Assembly (NCBI GenBank): GCA_963663865.1 | Contig: OY760686.1 | Span: 2,560,001 to 2,624,000, forward strand | From: Spirochaetota bacterium | Lineage (GTDB): Bacteria > Spirochaetota > UBA4802 > UBA5550 | Length of the DNA stretch: 64,000 bases | Direction of reading: 5' to 3' | Translations under genes and position numbers: made by a program | Shown here: positions 20,697-30,875 of the stretch, in pieces | Layout: each line of letters opens with the position of its first letter | How positions within the stretch are numbered: the first letter of the stretch is position 1 | Notes under the pieces: model-generated | Database searches by the model: none | Told to the model about the DNA's origin: nothing | What the model saw: the letters and a program-made list of their open reading frames with translations, nothing else

Positions 20697-22691
20697 TTAA
20701 AAGTAGTATCCATATCCATAGACGTAATAGTCGTACTCGGGCAGAGCAAATCCTTTAGAATCTCCATCCAGACTGTTGAGGTCGTTTAGCTTCACTCCCA
20801 GGCCGGATATGGTATATATGAGATCGCTGCCGGCTCCGGACATGAACACAGAGCGCCTTACATCAAGGTCCGGGTTCCAGTAACTGTACCAGTCATCATC
20901 CCCGGGAATAAAAAACTCCGAATGATCAATTTTACCGTAAAGACTTATCGAGTCCTCTTCCAGCTCGGGTTGAATTTTGAACAGATACAGTCCGTTGAAA
21001 AACCCGCTGTCGCCGTTTTCCTGGACCGGAACAGCGAGAAGGCCAAGTCTTTCCCAATATTGAAAGGCCTTATGCTGATACATGGCCTCTGACCAGGTCC
21101 AGCCGTCCCCGAAGGTGTACTTGAACTTTTCAACCGGATTGTCCATATCCGTAACGTCAAAGAGAGAAACCTGCATTCCTGCGACCCAGCCTTCCTCAGA
21201 CGCGTTCTGCCCTACGCCCAGAAGATAATTATCGCCGACCGGATGGAGATACGTCGAATAGCCTGGAATCTTGAGCTCTCCCTTCATCTGAGGATTATAC
21301 GGATCGGAAAGATCAAAGGTAAAGAGAGGATCAACCTGAAGGAAGGTCACCATGAAGCCCCTGTCTCCAATGAAGCGGGCGGAGTACATTGTCTCTCCAG
21401 GAGCGATGTCCGTGATGCTTCCGGCAATCTCAAGACTGCCGTCATTATCCTCCAGAATATATATGGAGCTTGAACGTTCGCTCCAGTTATAGGTATTTTC
21501 AGTCACAGCGGCCCTGAAGAATCCCTCGTATTCGCTCATCGAAAACTGATTCAGCATGAAGCCGGGCAGCTCACCGCTTGCCCTGTACTCAGCCGTCTCT
21601 CCAAGCGCAAACTTGTGCACGTAGGTCTTAGGAGTATAGTTTTCGGCCAGATACGCCCACGAGTTTCCCGCTGCAAGGTAGATGTTTTCCCCTGAAGAGT
21701 AAAATTCAGGGTACTCCGACACAACAGAAGTAAGTCCAGGCTCAGCCGTGATATTGGAAGCGTCAAAAGCCATAAGTGTAACGATGTCATCGCCGTTCGC
21801 CGTTTCCGGAATATATGTGCTACCGCATGGACAGGCAGCAGTGTCAAACCCATCTGCCGTCCTTTCATACAGAAACGGCGTATACTGCAGCGCTGCTCTC
21901 TCAGTGTCTGATTTGCTTTCAACACCTGAAAAGGCATCTACCGGGAGCTCAATGCTGATGTCATCGTAGCCGTAGTAGTACGAATAGTACATTCTCTTAA
22001 CGGCAGCGGAATACACCCTCCCGTCAACAAGCCTTGCGGTCAGATACGATCCGTCAAAGTAGAACTCGCGTGCCAGCTGAGGGCTGGTCCTGTCCGTAAT
22101 ATCAAAGACCATGATTTTCGTCATTACATAGCCGGCGCCGGGGAAGTCCCTCTGTGTTTCCTGACTGTCGTAGTTATAGAAATGAGCAAATACATAGGCA
22201 GCATCACCTGAAACGATAAGCTCAAGCGGCTGTTCAGTCATGGAGACTGTGGACAGCAAAGAGAATTCATCGGCAGGCCAGCTTTTGAATATGGTCAGCC
22301 CGGCCCCGTTGAGGACGTACAGATATGTTCCATCGCTTTTAACTATGTCAGCCTCGTCAACAGCAGTCTCCTGGTTATTTGTGCCGGAATACTCCTCAGG
22401 AGAAAGGGAATTCTCAGCGCCGGCATCGTCGTCGTCAGCGGCCATAGCATCGTCTGATGATTGAGCAGAATAATACCTTCCCATATCAATTTGAAGCTTC
22501 GCGACTCTGTCGAAGTAATCTTTCAATTCCGCGCAGTCTGCACTTTTTCTCATGCAGGCGGGACCGTCAATGGTCACTCCCGAACGGTCATCTGAGCAGC
22601 CCGTCTGCAGAAAAAATAAAGGCAGAATTGCTGCGCACAAAGCAGTCGTTGAGAGAGCATATTTAAAAATACAGCAAGTCCTGAGCAGCAT
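20697..22691 (-). CDS. Secreted beta-propeller domain lipoprotein (Beta_propel family)
   Basis: Lipobox TGC; YSGTNNQE.AVDEADIVKSDG, LNQFSMSEY, MVTFLQVDPLF, GELKIPGYSTYLHP. Confidence 0.9.
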   Translation of the reverse strand: MLLRTCCIFKYALSTTALCAAILPLFFLQTGCSDDRSGVTIDGPACMRKSADCAELKDYFDRVAKLQIDMGRYYSAQSSDDAMAADDDDAGAENSLSPEEYSGTNNQETAVDEADIVKSDGTYLYVLNGAGLTIFKSWPADEFSLLSTVSMTEQPLELIVSGDAAYVFAHFYNYDSQETQRDFPGAGYVMTKIMVFDITDRTSPQLAREFYFDGSYLTARLVDGRVYSAAVKRMYYSYYYGYDDISIELPVDAFSGVESKSDTERAALQYTPFLYERTADGFDTAACPCGSTYIPETANGDDIVTLMAFDASNITAEPGLTSVVSEYPEFYSSGENIYLAAGNSWAYLAENYTPKTYVHKFALGETAEYRASGELPGFMLNQFSMSEYEGFFRAAVTENTYNWSERSSSIYILEDNDGSLEIAGSITDIAPGETMYSARFIGDRGFMVTFLQVDPLFTFDLSDPYNPQMKGELKIPGYSTYLHPVGDNYLLGVGQNASEEGWVAGMQVSLFDVTDMDNPVEKFKYTFGDGWTWSEAMYQHKAFQYWERLGLLAVPVQENGDSGFFNGLYLFKIQPELEEDSISLYGKIDHSEFFIPGDDDWYSYWNPDLDVRRSVFMSGAGSDLIYTISGLGVKLNDLNSLDGDSKGFALPEYDYYVYGYGYYF

Positions 22692-23029
22692 GTCGCTACC
22701 TCCGAACGATATATTTCACAGGCCAGCCGCCGCATTTAATGTAATACAGCCGAAAGCAATAATCCAGCATAATAAGCCGGCTATGCGAGGCAGCCTGCGA
22801 AATCTATGAGTGAAAAAACAGAAAATTATGACACTTTTTTTAGACTCATTGAAAAATTATTATACAATATAAAACTATATATATCAAAAAAAGAACCCTC
22901 TCGGGCTTTTTTGTTGTTGACGAGCGGCAAAAAAAAGTGCATATTTGAACGCGTAAAGAGAGGCACGGCGGTTTATGTCGTTTTATGATTATCACCGGCC
23001 TGAAATCTTTAAACAGACAGGAGAAAACT

Positions 23030-23383
23030 ATGAAAAAAACACTCTTATTTGCGGCGGCTTTCGGTTTAGCAGCTGCGACAATTGCCTGCGATTCAGGAGA
23101 CCAGAAGGCTGACCTCAGATGGAACAACAGATCGGCTCAGACGGTTCAGGACGTTGAGTGGGTCGCGGAGTCAGGAACCGACCAGACATGGGAAGGAACG
23201 TACGCGGACCAGGCGTCAACAGAGTACAAGGGAGTCAATGAGCTGACCGGAACAGGCGAGTGCATAGACTCACTGGGAACTCCCTCTCAGATCGTTCTTG
23301 ACGGCGGAGAAATGGCCGCATCACTCGTTGAAGACGAAGCCAACGACCTCACAATCAACACACTTCAGGCAAAAAAGAAGTAG
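23030..23383 (+). CDS. Small lipoprotein
   Basis: SD AGGAG; MKKTLLFAAAFGLAAATIAC lipobox. Confidence 0.75.
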   Translation: MKKTLLFAAAFGLAAATIACDSGDQKADLRWNNRSAQTVQDVEWVAESGTDQTWEGTYADQASTEYKGVNELTGTGECIDSLGTPSQIVLDGGEMAASLVEDEANDLTINTLQAKKK

Positions 23384-23394
23384 GCTGATCAGAA

Positions 23395-24144
23395 GTGCTG
23401 ACTAAAGGAATATCCGCTGTATTATCAGTTGCGGTTTCTCTTTGGGCGCTCTCTCCGGCTTTTGCCGGCGCGGGCGCCGATGTTCAGCCTGAGCCAAAGT
23501 GGCAGAGGTTAAACGGCAACTGGGCAGTCGTTAACTCAGAGCTTGCCGAGACACGTTCCTGGACCAAGTCCTGGAACTACTACCCCCTTCTTGACTACAA
23601 CTCTGTCGTATCGCTTAATGACCTCGACGGCTACAAGTCTATCGATTTGACGATGGAAATAAAAAAGCCCTCCAGAGACGAAGCTGAAGCGGCAGTTTTC
23701 TTCGCCGTAAAAAGCCCGGAACACAACTGGTTCTACTATTCGTACGCTGTAAGCTTAAAAGGTGACCGGGATGAGCTTGATACGGTTTCAATTCTCAAAA
23801 CATCAATGAAAGACGAAACACTGAAGCCGACCAAAAAAGGAAACGGATTTACAGCGGAAATCGCCGCAGAGAGATGCAGCATCCCCTACGGCAAACCGTT
23901 CGGACTGTCAATACGGATTGAGGACGGCAAGGTAAGCGTATTTACCGGCGGAAAACGCCTTATTCAGAGCTCTCTGCCCGACAAATCAATCGCGGGTAGA
24001 ATTGCCATCGGGGGGAAAAACGCGCCGCTAAGAATCAAGGAGATCAGCGTAAGCGGTTCCAGACCCGTCTTCAGCGACACGTTCGAATCGGACACCATCT
24101 ACGCCCCCAAAGCATCGGGCAGCCTGCGCCGCGGAAACAGATAA
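23395..24144 (+). CDS. Exported hypothetical protein (beta-sandwich, concanavalin-like appearance)
   Basis: Signal peptide ending AFA; GNWAV...GRIAIGG pattern. Confidence 0.55.
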   Translation: MLTKGISAVLSVAVSLWALSPAFAGAGADVQPEPKWQRLNGNWAVVNSELAETRSWTKSWNYYPLLDYNSVVSLNDLDGYKSIDLTMEIKKPSRDEAEAAVFFAVKSPEHNWFYYSYAVSLKGDRDELDTVSILKTSMKDETLKPTKKGNGFTAEIAAERCSIPYGKPFGLSIRIEDGKVSVFTGGKRLIQSSLPDKSIAGRIAIGGKNAPLRIKEISVSGSRPVFSDTFESDTIYAPKASGSLRRGNR

Positions 24145-24153
24145 GATATCTTT

Positions 24154-24720
24154 TCAGCCTATAAGCCTTCTGACATTTTCCGGACTCAGATTGGATATGC
24201 TGTTAAGGCCTGACTCGGGCACGCCTGATATCACCGTCTGAATTCCATCAACCAGCCCGTTTACCTTTTCGGGAGAAGCCAGTTCTGAAGCGGTTATATT
24301 TTCAACCTCAACGAGCATTCTTTTAAGCCTTTCGGTTTCATCCTTGACTTCCATGGCAGCCTGACCATAGGCTTCCTGCAGGCTGGTGCCGGGCTCTCTC
24401 TGATCAAGGTATTCCCTGAGAACGGGCCTTCCTTCGAACCTGACCTCGGCAAGTATCTGCTCACGTGCAGAACCGCCGCGGCCTTCATCGTCCTGAAGCT
24501 GATTTATTCCGTCAAGAACGACCTGATTACGGGAAACTGAGACCTGAATGGCTCTGAGTTCGCTTTCGAGTGAATCAATTCGGGAATTCAGCCTTGTGCT
24601 TATGGAAACAGAATCGGAACGCCCTTTAGTCCCTGTTTTAGGCGAGCCGCTCCCATCAGACTGAAGCTGCCCGCTCATTCTTCTCGCGGAACCGAGCATC
24701 GCATCAATTGTAACTTTCAT
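24154..24720 (-). CDS. Short, divergent flagellin-like protein
   Basis: Colinear similarity to FlaB in this window (SISTRLNSRIDSL, VRFEGRPVL, ENITASE, NLSPENVRRLIG). Confidence 0.6.
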   Translation of the reverse strand: MKVTIDAMLGSARRMSGQLQSDGSGSPKTGTKGRSDSVSISTRLNSRIDSLESELRAIQVSVSRNQVVLDGINQLQDDEGRGGSAREQILAEVRFEGRPVLREYLDQREPGTSLQEAYGQAAMEVKDETERLKRMLVEVENITASELASPEKVNGLVDGIQTVISGVPESGLNSISNLSPENVRRLIG

Positions 24721-25133
24721 TTTACACCTTCCCTTGTGTCAGATGTAAGGCCCATCTTGAGCCTCTATATATATGTATTATGCAGTTTATTACCGCATTA
24801 ATTTTATGTCAATATAAAAACTGAACACTGAAGAGTAGGAGATGCCGATGAACCACATGAAAACTAAACTCTTTTCTACACATAAAACCGCCTAATCGAA
24901 TGTGTCAAAGCTCAATTTTATAGAACCAACCCGGGCAGAGTCTAATCGTATAAACAGATGCGGTTTTATTTTACATCGGATCGGGCCGCGACCCGCCAAT
25001 ACAGCAGCTCCAATTCATGCACCTACTCCTGAACAGTGTATATTTTTTTCTTGAAAAATCTCATTTGAATAATAAATAGTTATTATACAATGTGTATTAT
25101 TATATTAATCAATTCTAATTGCATGGAGTCAAA

Positions 25134-25772
25134 ATGAAAAACATCTTTTATATTGCTCCTTTTTTTATAAGCATTCTGCTTATGTCTTCCTGCGGAGTTG
25201 GAGGTTCCCTTGTTATCGAAAACGCTGATATAAACAGCTCACTTCAGGAAATTTCTACCCACAAAAACAGCAAGGCTGAGGTTGCAGCCAGGCTCACAGA
25301 AAAAATCGGAAGTATGGAGCTGTACAAAGCTCATGATTACGGGAAAAAATACATTTTAGATCAGGATTTAGGCTATGGGTTCCACTACGTCCTCAAGGGA
25401 GGCAGAAGGGGAGCGGCAAGCATTTATCTTTACAAAAGGTACCCGGACAACATAATTCAAGACGGCATTTCAGACAAACTGATTGATGAGATTCGTACTG
25501 AATTAAATGATTTTTCACACGATAAAAAAACCCGAGAGAACGATTGTACTACCTTCTCTTTTTCAGGAATTTCTTTCTGCAAGGCAGAGGTTCCAACAGC
25601 GCCTGACCGTTATAACGATCAGCACATCTGCACAGTACTAATCACTGGATACAACGGTGTTTATCTAAAAGTCATGTTCTTTTTCCCATCAGATGCAGAT
25701 TACTCCGGCCAAGAAATTAAGCTATTTATGAACAGCCTCATTGCTAAGCTTTCGAACAAAGGAAAAGAATGA
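25134..25772 (+). CDS. Hypothetical lipoprotein
   Basis: SD GGAG; lipobox MSSC; AT-rich upstream region. Confidence 0.65.
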   Translation: MKNIFYIAPFFISILLMSSCGVGGSLVIENADINSSLQEISTHKNSKAEVAARLTEKIGSMELYKAHDYGKKYILDQDLGYGFHYVLKGGRRGAASIYLYKRYPDNIIQDGISDKLIDEIRTELNDFSHDKKTRENDCTTFSFSGISFCKAEVPTAPDRYNDQHICTVLITGYNGVYLKVMFFFPSDADYSGQEIKLFMNSLIAKLSNKGKE

Positions 25773-25813
25773 CACCATGCTGGCAGGATGAAATGAGCAA
25801 CTATACCATCATG

Positions 25814-27031
25814 CTATTGCAGCTGCACGTCAAGACGGGCAGCTCCCTCTTCCGGAACATCGGCGGGAATTATTTGAGTTTCGTAACCGTCCGCCTCGAA
25901 GTACATATTTAAGCTGTCGCCCGGAACAGCGATTTTGCGGTAGTAGCCGTTCGCGTCTGTCGATGTGACAATATCGCCGGCATAGACTGAAACACCGGCC
26001 GCCGGCGAACCGTCGGGCAGCTTAACCAGGCCCTCAACGCCGCTGCCCGCGAATTCAATAAACTGAAGCATTGATTCGTAGTTATACTGAAACACCTGCT
26101 CGGCCCCTTCTGTGCTGGTCGGGCTTATCCTGGCCACCTCAACAGTAATATCAAGACATCCCTGGGCTTTGTAGCTCCAGTCCTGAAGCGAGCCTGTAAT
26201 TCTATACCAGTCGCCCCCATTGATGACGCTGTTACTAACATACTCTACTCCATCATCATAAACAGACAGTGTACCCGGCGTCTGATTAAAACCCGCAGAC
26301 GCGTAGAGGTTTCCGGCATACTCGGCGAGGTCATATTCTGCCGGCACCATATATGGAAAGTACCTTGTCGCTGATCCGTAATCAAAAGGCAGGTTTACAA
26401 CTACCGCGCCCGAATGATAGGTCGCCGACAGATGGAACATGCCGTCCCATGAATACTCAGCAAAATACCTTGACTCGTTCTCGGAAAGCGGAGAATTCCC
26501 TGACCTGTACTCCACCCAGCTCCACTCAACGCTGAAGTTTCTATTGAGGTCAACCCCCCTGCCGTTGTAGCGCGTCCTCGACATAAAGCCGTCCGGGTTA
26601 AGCTGGGGGATAATGACTATCCGCCTTGAGTCCACGAGTTCTTTTATGCGGGAATCTTCTGTGTATGTTTCAGTTAGCTCGCTTATCAGCCTCGTCAGAA
26701 TAAACTCTGAGATGTACTCATCGCCGTGAATCTCGCCGGTCAACCTTACACGGGGGACCTGCTGAAGCTTATTTCCCGGATCGGCAGATATTACAAAGGC
26801 GTAAAGCGGATATCCCCCGGTGCTTTCACCGAAAGTCTCGATTGCAGTAATTTCCGGATACCTGTCATGAGTCTCTTTGAGAAAAGCCGCAATAGACTCC
26901 GGGTCCTTGTATATGCTCAGCAGCGTTTCATCGTCAATATGCGGCTGAGTTTCCTCACGGCCTTTATTGACTGAACATGCAGAAGCTGCGATCATCAGAA
27001 TAAGAACTATAAAAGGATAAAGCCTTTTCAT
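25814..27031 (-). CDS. M14 zinc carboxypeptidase lipoprotein with C-terminal regulatory-like beta domain
   Basis: Lipobox ASAC; IHGDE, NPDG, RYNGRGVDLNRNF, YHSG, NGGDWY.ITGSLQDWSY, TVEV. Confidence 0.9.
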   Translation of the reverse strand: MKRLYPFIVLILMIAASACSVNKGREETQPHIDDETLLSIYKDPESIAAFLKETHDRYPEITAIETFGESTGGYPLYAFVISADPGNKLQQVPRVRLTGEIHGDEYISEFILTRLISELTETYTEDSRIKELVDSRRIVIIPQLNPDGFMSRTRYNGRGVDLNRNFSVEWSWVEYRSGNSPLSENESRYFAEYSWDGMFHLSATYHSGAVVVNLPFDYGSATRYFPYMVPAEYDLAEYAGNLYASAGFNQTPGTLSVYDDGVEYVSNSVINGGDWYRITGSLQDWSYKAQGCLDITVEVARISPTSTEGAEQVFQYNYESMLQFIEFAGSGVEGLVKLPDGSPAAGVSVYAGDIVTSTDANGYYRKIAVPGDSLNMYFEADGYETQIIPADVPEEGAARLDVQLQ

Positions 27032-29775
27032 TTCTGGGCCCCCACTCCGGTCATCTGGATGGAGATGACCTTTGATACCCCTGGCTCCTCCATCGTCACA
27101 CCATAGATGGACTCACCGATGCTCATGCTCTTCTTGTTGTGAGTTACCATGACGAACTGCGTGCTTTTGGCAAACTCCCTGAGCATGCGCAGAAAGCGCC
27201 CGATGTTCTCCTCATCGAGAGGCGCGTCGATTTCGTCGAGGAAGCAGAACGGCGACGGCTTGACCATGTACGTCGCGAAAAGAAGCGCTATGGCTGTAAG
27301 CGCCCTCTCGCCTCCGGAGAGAAGATTTATATTCTTCGTCTTTTTCCCGGGAGGCCTGACAATGATGTCGATTCCGCTCTCAAGGATATTGTCCATGTCT
27401 GTCAGCTGAATAACCGCGTCTCCGCCTTCAAAGAGCTGTTTAAAAACCTGGGAAAAGTTCTTCTGTATTTCAACAAAGGTTTCCATGAACATGTCGACCG
27501 AGGTCTTGTTGATCTCCTCAATGACTGACATAATGTCTTCACGCGCCGACTCAATGTCCTTCTTCTGGTCAATATAGTACTCAAATCTCTTTTTCAGGTC
27601 ACGGAATTCCTCAATGGCAAGATTGTTGATGGGCCCCAGATCCTGTATAGACTTTTTAATAGAAGCGAGCTCGTTCTGAAGCTCTCCGGACTGCGACTCA
27701 AGCAGCTGCAGTTTTTTAAGCTCATCGGCCTTCTTCTCGTACTCGACCCAGAGATAATCTTCAATGCCCGACTTTTTAAAGGTGAGCTCGACTGATAGCT
27801 TTTCAAGCGAGCCTATCTTCTCGACAGCGGCAGCGAGGTCTTCTTCGTCCTTTCTCGATATCTGGCGGCGTTCATGAATCTTCTGCTCAATCTCCTGCCG
27901 TCTTTTTGTCAGGTCGGCAATTCCAGCAACGAGCGCCTTGCTCTTTTCGTTGAATTCGACGAGCTTGTTCTGCCACTCCTCTATCTCAGCCTGCATGGTT
28001 TTAATCTGTTTTTCAGACCTTTCAAGGTCCTCTTTATGGTTGTTGATCTGCATATTCAGGTCTTTGATCTGGAAGTTAAGGGTCTGAATATGCTTTTCTA
28101 TCCAGGCAATGTCATTTTCGTATTTCGAGAGGTCCTTTTCAATACGGGTAATCATCTCGTTAATATCTTCGAGCTCTTTCTGCGCGCTCTGTATCCCCTC
28201 TTCGAGAGAGGCTATCTCTCCTCGCATGGTTTCTATGGAATGGGAAGTATCTGCTATCTCCCTGTCAAGTCCCTGCTTGCGGGCGTGAATCCCCGTTTTG
28301 TCAAAAAGTATTGACCTGAAGCCGTCCTCATAGCTCTCAAACCTGTCAAGAAGAGTCCTGAAACGGTCAAAATCTGCCTCGGAAAGCCTCTCTGCAGCCT
28401 CAGCCGCGCTCCCTGACTGAAGAGCCCTGCGTGCTGACAGGACCGCTTCCTCCATGGCGCCGACACATGAGGCAATCTCGCTCTTCACCTGCTGCCTTTC
28501 GTCCTCAGAGCTCTGAAGCTCCTCTTTACGTCTGTCAATCGCGTCAATCAGCTCCCGGATAACAACCTCAAGCGCCTCTCGGAGCTTCTTCAGGGCCGCT
28601 TCGGCTTCGTGAATTTTGTGTCTGTTCTCGTCTATTCTGTCTCGCGAACTGTGAATAAAGGCAATCTTGTCCTTCCTCCTGGCGAAAAGCTCCTTCAGCC
28701 TTGCCCCGTCAGATTCTACCTTGTGCCTTATCTCCACCTCGGAGCGCTCTGTTTTCGCCTTCTCCTCAAGATGCCTTTTGAGGTTTTCCGTCCTCTCATG
28801 TATCTTCATGGAGATTGCTTTTCTGTGCTCCTCCTGGTCGGCTATCGACTTCCGGTTTTTCTCAGTCTTTTTGTCGATATCCTCAACCCTGAATTTGAAG
28901 GCGTCCAGCTTCTTGTCAAGCTCCCAGAGCTGATGCTGAATGTCGTTCTTCCGCTTCTCGTCCCGCTCATTGTCCTCTGAAACTGACGACACTCTCGCGG
29001 ATATCTCAGCCCTCTCCTTCTGCGTCTTCTCAATGTCAGCCAGCACCTTCTCAAGACGTCGCGATATGTCACGGAACTTCAGAATGTTGATCTTGATGTC
29101 TGCATCCTGGAATTTTTCACGCAGACCGAGATACACCTTCGTCTTCTCGGCCTGTTTCGCTTTTAATTCTTTTTCACGCTCAATCTCCCTTATAACGTCG
29201 TTGATACGCTTCAGGTTCTCGCCGGTCTCTTCAAGCTTCCTGACAGACTCCCTCTTCTGAAGCTTGTAGCGGGATATTCCGGCAGCCTCTTCAAAGATAT
29301 AGCGCCTGTCCTCAGCCCTCGTCGACAGTATGAGGTCCATCTTTCCCTGCTCGAGTACGGAGTACGCCGATTTCCCGATGCCCGTATCCATAAAGAGCTT
29401 ATCGAGATCCTTGAGCCTTACAGGTGAACGGTTGATCAGATACTCGCTCTCGCCGTCACGGAAAATACGCCGGCCGATGGTTACTGTTGACGAGTCTATA
29501 TCGAGAATATGGTCCGAGTTGTCAATAGTGACTGAAACCTCAGCAAGCGAGACGGGTTTTCTCTGCTCGGTCCCGGAGAAAATGACATCCTCCATCTTCT
29601 GACCGCGGATGTTCTTTGCCTGTTTTTCACCGACAACCCACTTTATGGCGTCAACAACATTGCTCTTGCCGCATCCGTTGGGACCCACAATGACTGTAAT
29701 GCCGGGTTCAAATTCGATAAGGGTCCTGTCCGCAAAGGACTTGAACCCGAAAAGCTCCATAGATTTTAGAAACAT
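27028..29775 (-). CDS. smc: Chromosome segregation SMC protein (short, 915 aa)
   Basis: GFKSFA, GPNGCGKSN, FEEAAGI, LGPIN..AI, LLSGGE, FLDEIDAPLD. Confidence 0.93.
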   Translation of the reverse strand: MFLKSMELFGFKSFADRTLIEFEPGITVIVGPNGCGKSNVVDAIKWVVGEKQAKNIRGQKMEDVIFSGTEQRKPVSLAEVSVTIDNSDHILDIDSSTVTIGRRIFRDGESEYLINRSPVRLKDLDKLFMDTGIGKSAYSVLEQGKMDLILSTRAEDRRYIFEEAAGISRYKLQKRESVRKLEETGENLKRINDVIREIEREKELKAKQAEKTKVYLGLREKFQDADIKINILKFRDISRRLEKVLADIEKTQKERAEISARVSSVSEDNERDEKRKNDIQHQLWELDKKLDAFKFRVEDIDKKTEKNRKSIADQEEHRKAISMKIHERTENLKRHLEEKAKTERSEVEIRHKVESDGARLKELFARRKDKIAFIHSSRDRIDENRHKIHEAEAALKKLREALEVVIRELIDAIDRRKEELQSSEDERQQVKSEIASCVGAMEEAVLSARRALQSGSAAEAAERLSEADFDRFRTLLDRFESYEDGFRSILFDKTGIHARKQGLDREIADTSHSIETMRGEIASLEEGIQSAQKELEDINEMITRIEKDLSKYENDIAWIEKHIQTLNFQIKDLNMQINNHKEDLERSEKQIKTMQAEIEEWQNKLVEFNEKSKALVAGIADLTKRRQEIEQKIHERRQISRKDEEDLAAAVEKIGSLEKLSVELTFKKSGIEDYLWVEYEKKADELKKLQLLESQSGELQNELASIKKSIQDLGPINNLAIEEFRDLKKRFEYYIDQKKDIESAREDIMSVIEEINKTSVDMFMETFVEIQKNFSQVFKQLFEGGDAVIQLTDMDNILESGIDIIVRPPGKKTKNINLLSGGERALTAIALLFATYMVKPSPFCFLDEIDAPLDEENIGRFLRMLREFAKSTQFVMVTHNKKSMSIGESIYGVTMEEPGVSKVISIQMTGVGAQK

Positions 29776-30241
29776 ATGCCAAACACCGCATCCGGTAATA
29801 TTTTTGTCAGCCGCATTGTGCTTTATTATTATTTACGGCAGGAAAAGTCAAAATCATATCAGCAACAACTTTCCGATACTGCATTCCCCGCTACAAAACG
29901 CCCTCAGTTGACGAAAAGGACTCATATAAGTGTTAAATTTGCACGGTTAGCCCGGGGAAGAGCAACACTCAATGATTACCTTTTCCACGGCGCTTTAAAG
30001 CAAGAAGAATTTGGAAGCCCGATAAATTTTTGGCCCCGTAAGGAGACATAATACAAAAAGAATGGAAGAACCGCGGTTTTTATCATGTTTTCTCTGTTTT
30101 TGCAACCCCGGAACAGCCCAAAAAAGCTGACTCGTATCCCGTAATCGCTCATGACCTGTTTCCGGAGAGGACACGCGATTCACGTCAAAATATTCTTGCT
30201 CTATACTGACATGGAGAGCATGCTGCGTAAAGGAGACAGTC

Positions 30242-30778
30242 ATGAACCTGAAAAAGTCAATATCCTCCCCCATGATATTTTTTTTACTGATAACGGGATG
30301 CGCCGGTCCGTCAGTCAGATACGGATCAAAGCCTTCAGCTGAAATAACTGTGAACAGCTCATCGCTGCCGCTCTGCGCGGACGAAATTGACAAAGAAACT
30401 ACATACGAGCTCTTCTTCAAACTGCAGCGCGCTGAAGACTGCATCGCGGTTGAAGGCTCGGCGGCATATCCGCCCGGGCCTTTCGGTGGCAGTCCCGACT
30501 CGGCTGTACTTCACTTCATCGTAGAAAAGCCGGTCGATATAAGCCCTTTCCCGGGAAAGACCGGTCAAATCTTCACAGAGCTGGGCAGAAACTTTGACAC
30601 GGCCTGGGAGACCCGCTCAACCGTTGAAATCTGTTCGTCGGCAGAGTTTCCACTCAGAAAGCTCGTTCCGGGCGTAAACTACCGCGTAAGGCTGACTACC
30701 TTCAGGAAAAGGCCGGCTGACTTCACCCTGAGCATCAAATCGTCCGGACCTGCTGAATTCATTACAGTCCCGCGATGA
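30242..30778 (+). CDS. Hypothetical lipoprotein
   Basis: SD AAGGAG; lipobox ITGC. Confidence 0.65.
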   Translation: MNLKKSISSPMIFFLLITGCAGPSVRYGSKPSAEITVNSSSLPLCADEIDKETTYELFFKLQRAEDCIAVEGSAAYPPGPFGGSPDSAVLHFIVEKPVDISPFPGKTGQIFTELGRNFDTAWETRSTVEICSSAEFPLRKLVPGVNYRVRLTTFRKRPADFTLSIKSSGPAEFITVPR

Positions 30779-30875
30779 AATGCTCGATAAAAATGTATTT
30801 GCTTTTTTTTTACTCTTTTTATAGACATACAGCTTCCGCATTTAGCGGATGACACTACAAACGGAGAGGTTAAAA

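Noticed and set aside
24882-24969. 10-bp inverted repeat ATAAAACCGC/GCGGTTTTAT as a MITE
   Set aside because: Short, single copy in the window, and no target-site duplication seen
29776-30444. ORFs 29776..30051 and 29995..30444
   Set aside because: No motifs or RBS; they overlap the divergent promoter region or lie antisense to a lipoprotein gene
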